This document shows, one piece after another, positions 1-8,339 of a stretch of DNA of 32,000 nucleotides. A program made the position numbers and the translations under genes. Source of the stretch: Ignicoccus islandicus DSM 13165. GTDB lineage: Archaea; Thermoproteota; Thermoprotei_A; Sulfolobales; Ignicoccaceae. The stretch lies in the NCBI RefSeq assembly GCF_001481685.1, contig NZ_CP006867.1:720001-752000 (forward strand), written 5' to 3'. The notes beneath the pieces were generated by a model. It saw only the letters and a list, made by a program, of their open reading frames with translations, searched no databases and was not told the DNA's origin. Each line of letters opens with the position of its first letter. Positions within the stretch are counted from its first letter, which is position 1.

Positions 1-1305
1 CTAGAGAAGATCAGGCCTACCAAAGAGGAATACGAGAAAAGAGACAAGCTTTTCAGGAAGATAAAGGAAGTAGCTGTTAGAGTTCTCAAGGATGAAAAGG
101 TTGAAGCTGAGGTCACTCTCCAAGGGAGTGCAGCCAAGGAAACATGGATAAGAAACAATTTAGAGCTAGATGTATTCGTATTATTTCCCGTAAGTACAAA
201 GGAATGGCTAAAAGTGACTGGCCTAAGAATAATTGAGAAGATCGCTGAAAAAATTGGTAAATACGAGATACGATACGCGGAGCATCCTTACGTGAGGTTG
301 AAAGTTGAGGGCGTGAAAGTAGACCTCGTCCCGGCCTTCAAAGTAAGCGACGGACGCGAAGCGATAACTGCTGTAGATAGGACGCCATTTCACACTAAGT
401 GGGTAATAGAGAAGTTGAACGAAATGGGTGAGAACTCACGTGATGAGGTCCGATTGTTAAAAGCTTTCTTTAAGGGAATAGAAGTTTATGGGGCCGAAAT
501 TAAAGTACAAGGCTTCTCGGGTTACGTTACAGAGCTCTTAGTAATAAACTATGGTGGATTCGCGGAAGCTTTGAGCTCTATTTCTCAATGGCGACCACCA
601 GTTTTCGTGGATCCAGGGAACTTCGGCTCGAAAGCTAAGTTCCTACACAAGTTCCGTGGTTCACCGATGGTACTACCCGATCCAGTTGACCCCAATAGGA
701 ACGCGGCAGCTTCAGTATCACTTGAATCTCTAGCTTTGGCTAGCTTGGCTAGTTGGAGGTACATAACTAATCCGTCACCAAGGTTCTACTTTAAACCACC
801 AGCACCAGATGTAAAGGCAGAAAGGCCTACTTACTTGATTAGTTTTACATTGAATCCCGGATATCCTCCGGAAACCATCTGGGGTGAGTTAAAGAGAATA
901 TCTAGATCACTCATATCGACTCTCCGCAGAGCAGGTTTTGAAATAACGCGATACAAGTTATGGAGTGACGAAGAGAAAGAGGCGGCCATAGCTATAGAGA
1001 TGATTAATGACGTATTGAGTCGCGAGGTAGTCCGGATAGGTCCACCAATATGGGAGAAGAAACATCTCCTAAGTTTCTTCACTGCACATGATAAAGTGTT
1101 AGCGGGGCCTTGGGTAGAAGGCGATAGAGTGTACTTGATAGAACCTAGGGATGTAACTTCGTTTACGGAATTCGTAAGAGGTGTAATAAGTCGATATAGG
1201 TCAAAGAGCATAAATTTGGAAAGCGTTGAAATTAAGAAGATACTTCAGCCTAAAACTGAATGGCTTCGGTGGTTTGTTTACGGGAAGTATTGGTGGTGGA
1301 CGTAG
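1..1305 (+). CDS. cca: CCA-adding tRNA nucleotidyltransferase (archaeal class I); 5' end lies outside the window
   Basis: Frame 1 is open from base 1 (LEKIRPTKEEYEKRDKLF...), so the listed 214..1305 ORF is only the part after the first Met. The upstream part carries the class I nucleotidyltransferase signature LQGSAAKETWIRNNLELDVFVLF (G-S ... D-x-D). AVDRTPFHTKWV matches the archaeal CCA-enzyme motif as I remember it. Stop TAG 1303-1305. Confidence 0.85.
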   Translation, partial: LEKIRPTKEEYEKRDKLFRKIKEVAVRVLKDEKVEAEVTLQGSAAKETWIRNNLELDVFVLFPVSTKEWLKVTGLRIIEKIAEKIGKYEIRYAEHPYVRLKVEGVKVDLVPAFKVSDGREAITAVDRTPFHTKWVIEKLNEMGENSRDEVRLLKAFFKGIEVYGAEIKVQGFSGYVTELLVINYGGFAEALSSISQWRPPVFVDPGNFGSKAKFLHKFRGSPMVLPDPVDPNRNAAASVSLESLALASLASWRYITNPSPRFYFKPPAPDVKAERPTYLISFTLNPGYPPETIWGELKRISRSLISTLRRAGFEITRYKLWSDEEKEAAIAIEMINDVLSREVVRIGPPIWEKKHLLSFFTAHDKVLAGPWVEGDRVYLIEPRDVTSFTEFVRGVISRYRSKSINLESVEIKKILQPKTEWLRWFVYGKYWWWT

Positions 1306-2024
1306 AATGCTACGACATCGACGAGTTTCCAGTATGCTATCCTCAAACTAATGGGTGTTTTATTAGAGACGAACTCAAGAAAAGCAACATCGAGTGCGCA
1401 ATCTCCTATGGTAGGCGAGAAATCGGCGAGTATAAGGTCTTAGGCATTGGATTTAGAGGCTTGGTTTTCCTTGCGAGACACTCTACTGGCATAGTTGCGG
1501 TGAAGGTTCCCCGAATCGATCGGCTTTACGATATGAGACAAGAAGCCTTAAATCAAAAGTTAGCCTATCCCTATGCACCGAAAGTGTATGAATACTCGAA
1601 ATACTTTCTCGTTATGGAATACATTGAGTGTCCAGATCTATTAGATGTAGTTCAAGGACTATTGGCGGAAGATAACGTTCAAAGCATCAGAAAAGTTGTT
1701 TGCGATGTACTAAAAGCGGGCTATCAGCTTGATCAAAGAGGTATAGATCATGGAGAATTGGTTAGACCATGGGACCACGTTAAAGTGTGTAAAAACAGAG
1801 TGGTCTTTATAGATTTCAATAGCTCATCTATACATAGGAGACCTTCGAACTTAACCTCACTAATTTCGGCCTTGTTACTAAAGCCCTCACTTCCTTCATC
1901 TAGAATAGCTAACCTCCTAAACGTCGATAGAGCTAAACTGATAGAATTGTTAAGGGTTTATAAGAAAACACGAAACGAGCATTCTTTTAATAGGATTATC
2001 AAGATGGTGTGCCTATTAAATTAG
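1260..2024 (+). CDS. RIO/Bud32-like minimal Ser/Thr protein-kinase-fold protein (COG2112-like)
   Basis: Gly-rich loop GIGFRGLVF, VAVKV lysine, hinge LVMEYIE, catalytic loop IDHGELVRPWDHV, metal-binding FIDFNSS. Start uncertain: ATG 1260 overlaps cca by 46 nt; in-frame GTG 1293/1296 are alternatives. The 3' end overlaps the convergent gene by 26 nt. Confidence 0.55.
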   Translation: MASVVCLREVLVVDVECYDIDEFPVCYPQTNGCFIRDELKKSNIECAISYGRREIGEYKVLGIGFRGLVFLARHSTGIVAVKVPRIDRLYDMRQEALNQKLAYPYAPKVYEYSKYFLVMEYIECPDLLDVVQGLLAEDNVQSIRKVVCDVLKAGYQLDQRGIDHGELVRPWDHVKVCKNRVVFIDFNSSSIHRRPSNLTSLISALLLKPSLPSSRIANLLNVDRAKLIELLRVYKKTRNEHSFNRIIKMVCLLN

Positions 2025-5000
2025 CGAACCATATGCTTAGCGCAATCAACGTAAGCACTATTGTAATGGAACTTATCGCAAAGGACATAGCTTGAAGTAC
2101 GTTACCTGGTGTTTGAGTAGAGCTGACAATTCCAATTGACAGTAGCATCGCGCTAGAGAGTAGTATTACTAAAGGTAGTTTCCTCCAAGGGTTCCAGGGC
2201 TGTATAGTACCACTCCTCATGAGCTTTGGTAGAACTTCCTCAATGGGTTGCACTTTTTCAGATTCAATAGGCTTACGATTCTCTTCTACTTCCAGTTGGA
2301 TAATTGAGTTTCCGAGAGGTACCATTAGTTCTTTGCTTCCTATTGTCACCTTAATTGATTCCTTCGGGTATACTAGTGCCACGGCTCCATTAACTTCTAA
2401 TTCATATTTATCGTCAATCTTTATCTTCGCTTTACTCAAGTCTTTAAATAAGCTTCTCGATTCTATTATTTCAATGATAGTTGAATGGTAATCGTACTTT
2501 AGTGGATCGTCTAGATATATAACTACTGGAGCCACGAGCTTCTTAAATCCTTTCGATATTAAGAGCGGTGGCAACGTAGCTTTGTGAACTATACCATTTT
2601 TCTCTATTACCTCTAAATCTATGTTCCCTGAGAGCCATTCATATGGAACCATGACAGTAGTAGTTCCGTTTACCGAATATTCTAGGTAGGTGTCGTTTGA
2701 ATAGAGTTTTAGTTTAACATCATAGGGCTTTCCATACTTAAGCACAGTAAAGGTCACGGTCGCATTAACTGGTGCAACCTTTTGGGGCGTAGGGACGTCT
2801 ATTACAATCGTAGTTCCGTCTAACTTTACGTTATAAATCTTATCGGAAACTTGTAATACTGCGGAATCGCTCGGTACGATGATTATGCCTACGCCGTTGT
2901 CCAATCGCACCGGGATACCATTTATCTTTATTATAGATGGTATGGGCGTGCCCTTGTACTGGGTAACGACTGTAGCATATCGGTAATTCGGATTTGTCTG
3001 GTATCCTTTGCAAATTATGCTAATAGATGCTGGTACTTTATTGTAAGATAACTTAACGCCCCTGATCGTGTTGTTATCAATTAGTATGGTCAATGGCGTT
3101 TCGAGCCATTGCTGGGGTATTAGTACTGAAGTCTTATTTTGAGATAGTACGTAATTAAGCGAGTACATTCCATCGGTTAACACAAGGTTAGTTCCGTTTA
3201 ATCCGTAGAGATACACGTTAATTGGTGTGTCTAGAGGATACGGCGGTGGAGATCGTGGTAGCTCTCTTTTGTAGGGAATCTTTATGATAATTTCGTTACC
3301 GCCTAAGTTGAACTTAAGCTTTTTATTCAATACCGTTAAAGTTACTTCCTTTTTAGGGTATACGAGAACTATTGAGCCGTTTATCTGAAGGTTGTATTTA
3401 TCATCGAGGATTACGTCTACGTTTGCCGGTTTGTTAACCTCATCGTAGACCGCAATTATCTTGGACGAGTAATAGTTGTAACTAGGTGTCTCTTTAATTA
3501 GAATATAGAGAGGGGATTGTATAGCAGTTCCATTGAAGTTGGTCAGTAGAGGAGGTATCTGCGTCTTGTGAACGTTTTGATTAACTATAATATTAAGTAG
3601 AAGATATTTACTGAGCCAATCTGAGGGTATTGCTATGTACGTACTGCTAGAGTTAACGAAATACTTTAAGTATTCCTCTCCGTCCGATATTGAAATTATT
3701 GCGCTTACAGGTCTTAACATGTGAATTACCATGTATGCATCTAGATTACTCAAGTGCTCTTCAGATGGAACCTTTAGGTAGACGGTCTGGCCGTTTAGAG
3801 CTATGTTGTATTCCTTCCCATTAAATGTGATTTTCAAGAGCTTCTTTGGATATACAATGACAGTTGCACCATTTACTGGGAGCCGATACTTATTGTCTAA
3901 AATTACGATTCCTTTAGTTACGTTTCCTCCTTGATCTTCGACTACAATTCTTACAGTATAGTAATTATAGAAAGCATACGTTGTATTGACGAATATATTT
4001 ATATCAGAGAGACTATTTCCTACTTTTAGAACTGGTAAGGTGAAGTTTAACATCCTAAGCGTATTGTTCTCATTTACTATCAGTGTAGCCGATAACGTAC
4101 TTGAGACCCAGTCCTTCGGTAGAGCTATTATTGTCTCATTTGAGATAACGTAGCTTAGAGTGTATATATCTTTTCTTAGTTTTAATATGCCATTTTCAGC
4201 ACCATGAAGGTTTAGTTTAATCATCTCAGTTAAAGGCTGTGGAGGTATAATTGTCTCGTTCCTTTGTTTCTTGTATAAGATAGGGAGCCTTATTTCATTT
4301 ATGCCGAGTGGCACAAGTAAACTTGACTCGGAATCGTCACTACCGATTACTCTCAATGGCAAGACTGGGTAATCGGGAACGATTAGCTTGAATCTATCCT
4401 TCTTTACTACTACCCAGCTATGCCCACTGTTGCAACTGACGGAAAGCGGTGACGGTAGCTCCGAGTAAACCTCAATGGTGTGACCGCTCTTTACGCCATT
4501 ACCTGGACAGAAGGCTACCCAATCTCCATCGTTTACTCTAAAGGTTGTATAATAGGAATTGTTTACCTTGGCGTTGATATCGACTTTACACGGAAGGAGC
4601 ACGTATTGTGGATATGGTCCTACTTTTAGTCTCATTAAAGTAGAGTTGAAGTATAAGTCTACGGATATAGGCTCCGGTGAAACTAGGAAGGCGCCACAAG
4701 CAGTATAGGATACGGGTTTCGGTACTTTTACATAGACGCTTGTTGTTGTTGGCGATATAACTAGGCTTTTAGATATCCTACTTCCATTGAGAGAGGCTAT
4801 CGATATTACTTGAGTTGTTGGAGGTATCGCTAAATAGCACTCTTTAGGACATTCTACTAGGTTTGAATCTATTATCAAGGCAAACTTTTCATCGGATTCC
4901 ACTTTGACCAGTCTTAGTACTGGTGCATTAGGTATTACGATAATTTTGGAATTGGAAAGCAAATCGAAGGATGTTATTAATGTACTGTTGTTTACCCTAA

Positions 5001-5988
5001 GTATAGCATCTCCAGAGCACGGTATTGCTAATCTCAAACTGACGTAGGGTGGTGCGGTAGAGCGTATTTTTAGGCCCTTTAGTGACTCTATCAGAATCGA
5101 ATTAGATTGATTCGATGCTACAACGATCTCACTTTCACACTCTAACGAGTACTCGGAAGTCCCCAGAGAGGACAGTTTCTTAACAGTATTGCAAGAGAGT
5201 GGTACTATTACGTCTTTCGCCAAACTTTCGTAATATTGCCATGAGGTTACCGGAAGGAACTGAAAATCATTGAAAACAGATATTACATACCTAATCGTAG
5301 GGAAAGTAAACACTATCTTCGTTATTCCTCCTATATTTAATATTTGTGGAGGCGATGACGGATTGACGCTAGTAAGGATTAGCTTGGCCTTGTTGCAGTT
5401 AGCTAAATAGTATTCTGCTAGGTCTCCTAATTCCGAAGAACTTTTTGCTGATAACTTAAAATACGCATTCTCACCACTGCTGAGAAGAATTATATGTAAC
5501 CTCTCATTGAAATTCTCTGAACCTCCTTCTACTTGGTATACACTGTATCCATTAAAGAAGGTGCTCTCAGATGTCATAGTCATCGAATACTTGATGGAAT
5601 AGAGTACATGACCATTCGGTAAGAGAACAGGTTCGTTAAACGTCACGTTTTTGGAGATAATTCGAGATACTCCGATAAAGGGAAATATGGATTTGGTTAC
5701 GCATCTAGCTATAGAAATCAATGGCGTTTGCTCGATTAAACATCTAGTTAGGTTGCGTTCAATCGCTTCTTCCACCTTCTCTTGAAGGGATTTAGACACA
5801 GTTTCAACGCTTACTTTCAAATTATTGAATTTTAAGTCTCTTATACTTAGATTGCCGTCAATTGATACGTGCATGTATGATGGTTTTAAATAAGTTAACG
5901 CTGAGGGATTCGAATAATCTATTGTCAGATTAATTTGCATTGAATTGACTACAATTAACACCATCAAGAGTGCTATTGTAACCCTCAT
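1999..5988 (-). CDS. Large secreted, C-terminally membrane-anchored, N-glycosylation-sequon-rich surface protein (1,329 aa) with four tandem modules; function unknown
   Basis: Uninterrupted 4-kb ORF. ATG 5988 gives MRVTIALLMVLIVVNSMQ (signal-peptide-like); the track start at 6003 is a TTG five codons upstream. The C-terminus has two hydrophobic segments (LPLVILLSSAMLLSIGIVS, AISSITIVLTLIALSIWFANLI). There are dozens of N-x-S/T sequons, paired Cys in the N-terminal half and repeated modules in the C-terminal half. Confidence 0.75.
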   Translation of the reverse strand: MRVTIALLMVLIVVNSMQINLTIDYSNPSALTYLKPSYMHVSIDGNLSIRDLKFNNLKVSVETVSKSLQEKVEEAIERNLTRCLIEQTPLISIARCVTKSIFPFIGVSRIISKNVTFNEPVLLPNGHVLYSIKYSMTMTSESTFFNGYSVYQVEGGSENFNERLHIILLSSGENAYFKLSAKSSSELGDLAEYYLANCNKAKLILTSVNPSSPPQILNIGGITKIVFTFPTIRYVISVFNDFQFLPVTSWQYYESLAKDVIVPLSCNTVKKLSSLGTSEYSLECESEIVVASNQSNSILIESLKGLKIRSTAPPYVSLRLAIPCSGDAILRVNNSTLITSFDLLSNSKIIVIPNAPVLRLVKVESDEKFALIIDSNLVECPKECYLAIPPTTQVISIASLNGSRISKSLVISPTTTSVYVKVPKPVSYTACGAFLVSPEPISVDLYFNSTLMRLKVGPYPQYVLLPCKVDINAKVNNSYYTTFRVNDGDWVAFCPGNGVKSGHTIEVYSELPSPLSVSCNSGHSWVVVKKDRFKLIVPDYPVLPLRVIGSDDSESSLLVPLGINEIRLPILYKKQRNETIIPPQPLTEMIKLNLHGAENGILKLRKDIYTLSYVISNETIIALPKDWVSSTLSATLIVNENNTLRMLNFTLPVLKVGNSLSDINIFVNTTYAFYNYYTVRIVVEDQGGNVTKGIVILDNKYRLPVNGATVIVYPKKLLKITFNGKEYNIALNGQTVYLKVPSEEHLSNLDAYMVIHMLRPVSAIISISDGEEYLKYFVNSSSTYIAIPSDWLSKYLLLNIIVNQNVHKTQIPPLLTNFNGTAIQSPLYILIKETPSYNYYSSKIIAVYDEVNKPANVDVILDDKYNLQINGSIVLVYPKKEVTLTVLNKKLKFNLGGNEIIIKIPYKRELPRSPPPYPLDTPINVYLYGLNGTNLVLTDGMYSLNYVLSQNKTSVLIPQQWLETPLTILIDNNTIRGVKLSYNKVPASISIICKGYQTNPNYRYATVVTQYKGTPIPSIIKINGIPVRLDNGVGIIIVPSDSAVLQVSDKIYNVKLDGTTIVIDVPTPQKVAPVNATVTFTVLKYGKPYDVKLKLYSNDTYLEYSVNGTTTVMVPYEWLSGNIDLEVIEKNGIVHKATLPPLLISKGFKKLVAPVVIYLDDPLKYDYHSTIIEIIESRSLFKDLSKAKIKIDDKYELEVNGAVALVYPKESIKVTIGSKELMVPLGNSIIQLEVEENRKPIESEKVQPIEEVLPKLMRSGTIQPWNPWRKLPLVILLSSAMLLSIGIVSSTQTPGNVLQAMSFAISSITIVLTLIALSIWFANLIGTPS
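2280..4225 (-). repeat. Four tandem, divergent ~165-aa protein-level repeat modules (~490-500 nt period) inside the surface-protein gene
   Basis: A recurring block is seen in four copies: ..Y.L.YV.S.N.T...IP..W(L/V)S..L...I..N ... (I/V)ILD(D/N)KY.L.(V/I)NG..V(L/I)VYPK...(I/L)T......(F/Y)N(I/L).L.G....I.(V/I)P. The D(D/N)KY codons lie at about 3887-3898, 3396-3407 and 2403-2414. The third copy, near 2900, is degenerate (IIKINGIPVRLDNGVGIIIVPSD). Similarity is at the protein level only; the DNA copies are not near-identical. Confidence 0.7.
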
Positions 5989-6066
5989 TGAAGTTATTCC
6001 CAAAATGGGGATGTATAGATAAGTTAGTAAACTATTTGCCTACCATACTAAATTGGGATAAAGAAA

Positions 6067-6672
6067 ATGGTAGGCGAAAGCATTTCTCTTAAAGAGGGCG
6101 ATCTAATTGAGATAGACTTAAGTCACGTACCCTTACGTCCATCTTCCAAGAAAGAGATCATGGAACTAGAAACAGCTCTAATTATTGGAACAATATACAG
6201 ACCAGAAGTGTTACAGCTTATCCTCGATCCAGTAGAGAAGGCTACTTGGGTAGACAGTTTAGCTGTCGCAGCAGGAGCTCTAGCAAGAGAGAAAGCAGGC
6301 TACCCTATCTCCAAAATCGCAGAGGAGCTTGGTAGAAGCGAATCCACTGTAAGGAATCATCTCAAAGGCAAAACAAAGGCAGGAAAACTCGTGCGTGAAA
6401 CATACGAACTTCTTGCCAGAGGTGAACTGAAGTTAGTAATTCCAATTAAGGGCGTCCTAGTAACTCAAGATAAAATTAAGGAACTCGAAGAACGCGTCAA
6501 AGAACTAGAGAAAGAAAACGCTGAGCTTAAGGAAAAACTTCAGCAAACAGAGACCCAAGAGAAGGTGGAGGAACTAATGAAGAGAATAGAATCTCTTCAA
6601 AAAGAACTAGAAGAGAAAGAGAGAATCTTGTCAGAAATAAGGAAACTTGTATGTACTACCATCCATTCTTAA
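6067..6672 (+). CDS. DNA-binding protein: helix-turn-helix followed by a long C-terminal coiled coil
   Basis: YPISKIAEELGRSESTVRNHLKGKT reads as an HTH (sigma-70 region 4/LuxR-like spacing). Residues ~135-195 are a heptad-like charged helix (KELEERVKELEKENAELKEKLQQ...LQKELEEKERILSEIRKL). Divergent from the surface-protein gene; the 3' end overlaps purQ by 17 nt. Confidence 0.55.
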   Translation: MVGESISLKEGDLIEIDLSHVPLRPSSKKEIMELETALIIGTIYRPEVLQLILDPVEKATWVDSLAVAAGALAREKAGYPISKIAEELGRSESTVRNHLKGKTKAGKLVRETYELLARGELKLVIPIKGVLVTQDKIKELEERVKELEKENAELKEKLQQTETQEKVEELMKRIESLQKELEEKERILSEIRKLVCTTIHS

Positions 6673-7321
6673 GCGATTCCCTTAAACTAATCCAAAGTTT
6701 CTTACCCCCCGCCGTTCTCTTAGGAGGTACTAGTATCTCTTCAGCAGCTCTTTCTGGATGAGGCATTAGTCCGACGACATTAGGGTGCTTCTCAGAATAT
6801 AATCCGGCAACGTTCCAAAGGCTACCATTTGGGTTTTCAATGTACCTAAACGCTACAGACAACGGTTCAGTAACTGAAAAGAATCTACCTTCTGCATGTG
6901 CGATTGGTAAATCAATCACCTCGTTTTCTTCATATTCTCTTGTCCAAGGCGTCTTAACTGACTCTACCTTAACTTTTACCCACTTACAAATAAACCTATT
7001 ATTGATATTGTGTAATAATGCGACATCACCAAATATTCCTCTCTCAACTAACATTTGGAAACCGTTACAGATACCCAATACAGGTTTCCCTTGCTCTATT
7101 GCTATAGAAACCTCTTCCATAGCGTTTGAACGCGCAGCAATCGCGCCGGCTCTTAGTCGGTCTGCGTAACTAAAGCCCCCCGCTAGTACTATTGCGTCGT
7201 AATCCTTTTCCTTGAAGTCTTTATGCCAGACTATTTCAGCCGTCATTCCATAAAGTCTAACTACGTGTGCAACGTCTTCGTCTCCATTAGTACCCGGAAA
7301 TTTGAGTACTGCTACTTTTAT
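6656..7321 (-). CDS. purQ: Phosphoribosylformylglycinamidine synthase, glutaminase subunit PurQ (start codon unresolved)
   Basis: Nucleophile elbow LGICNGFQ and MPHPERAAE (His/Glu of the triad). The conserved PurQ N-terminus KVAVLKFPGTNGDEDV lies in-frame upstream of the first ATG (7246). No ATG/GTG/TTG exists between the in-frame TGA (7330..7328) and that motif. The end coordinate is set at the ATA codon 7321..7319. Confidence 0.8.
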   Translation of the reverse strand: MKVAVLKFPGTNGDEDVAHVVRLYGMTAEIVWHKDFKEKDYDAIVLAGGFSYADRLRAGAIAARSNAMEEVSIAIEQGKPVLGICNGFQMLVERGIFGDVALLHNINNRFICKWVKVKVESVKTPWTREYEENEVIDLPIAHAEGRFFSVTEPLSVAFRYIENPNGSLWNVAGLYSEKHPNVVGLMPHPERAAEEILVPPKRTAGGKKLWISLRESLKNGW

Positions 7322-7571
7322 ATAACCTCACCTCCATCTCATGAATCACTGGATTAAAGATTCTTAACTCCTTACATAATCTAGTTACTTTCTCAATGGC
7401 AGATTCTTCGCTGTCAGCAACGACATTAAATAAGAACCACTTCCCAGTTCTCAAGGAAGTTACGTCTTTTCCCAGATTGGAACGACTTACTAACTCATTA
7501 AATATCGTTTCTGCTTCTGGATCTCGTGCGACTTTTTTGTTTCGTATTATTACCTCTACCTGGTATTCCAT
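7287..7571 (-). CDS. purS: Phosphoribosylformylglycinamidine synthase subunit PurS
   Basis: Small ORF between purC and purQ with PurS-like layout (VEVIIRNKKVARDPEAETI ... GKWFLFNV ... NPVIHEMEV). ATG 7571; the TTG at 7580 used by the track is an alternative. The last ~11 codons (YKSSSTQISGY) overlap the purQ N-terminal coding region in another frame. Confidence 0.7.
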   Translation of the reverse strand: MEYQVEVIIRNKKVARDPEAETIFNELVSRSNLGKDVTSLRTGKWFLFNVVADSEESAIEKVTRLCKELRIFNPVIHEMEVRLYKSSSTQISGY

Positions 7572-7581
7572 TGATGTCAAC

Positions 7582-8280
7582 TCATAGCACCTTTATTAGG
7601 TCATTTAAGAGCACTTTATAGGCATCTAAGGTTTCCCTACCGCTTTTTCCCTTCCGGAATAGGTCTTTATCGTAAGAGGATCCATCTTTCCACGCTCTGA
7701 ATACGTCGGGACTTAATTCATCTATTAATATGAACTCATCCCCCCTTTTACCGAACTCTAATTTTAGGTCAACTAGTTCATATCCGGCTCGTTCGAATAA
7801 TTCTCTGAGAATATCATTTATCCTTAACGAAAGGTCTCTTAGGTGCTTAAGTTCTTCCTCACTTAATAATCCGGCAGCAATTGGATCATCGTATGAGAGT
7901 AAAGGATCATGTAACTCATCACTCTTGAAATGTATTTCGAAGATAGGTTTCTTCAATTTCTCACCTTTCTTAAATAATGGCATTCTCTTAAGTAAACTTC
8001 CGAAGGCGTAGTTTCTGACGATGAATTCCAGTGGAAGAGGTTCTGATCGTAGTGCTATTATTTTGTTAGAATCTCGGCTTACAAATTGAGTCGGAATGCC
8101 TCTCTCATTTAAGTATCTCATTAAAACCTCTGTGAAGATTGCATTAACTTCGCCTTTACCATTCACAGTCTCTATTTTTTCGCCGTCGAATGCAGAGAAG
8201 GTATCTTTAAACTCAAGTAAAACCTTGTCTTCGTCTAACTTGTATACCCTTTTGGATTTTCCCTCATATAGAAGATCCAA
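7582..8280 (-). CDS. purC: Phosphoribosylaminoimidazole-succinocarboxamide (SAICAR) synthase
   Basis: MDLLYEGKSKRVYKL N-terminus and LIDELSPDVFRAW motif typical of PurC; 232 aa; directly upstream of purS-purQ on the same strand. Confidence 0.9.
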   Translation of the reverse strand: MDLLYEGKSKRVYKLDEDKVLLEFKDTFSAFDGEKIETVNGKGEVNAIFTEVLMRYLNERGIPTQFVSRDSNKIIALRSEPLPLEFIVRNYAFGSLLKRMPLFKKGEKLKKPIFEIHFKSDELHDPLLSYDDPIAAGLLSEEELKHLRDLSLRINDILRELFERAGYELVDLKLEFGKRGDEFILIDELSPDVFRAWKDGSSYDKDLFRKGKSGRETLDAYKVLLNDLIKVL

Positions 8281-8339
8281 AAACCCACCTCAGGCTAGAA
8301 CTAATTATACTTAATAATTTAACTTCGTTTGAGGTCTAT

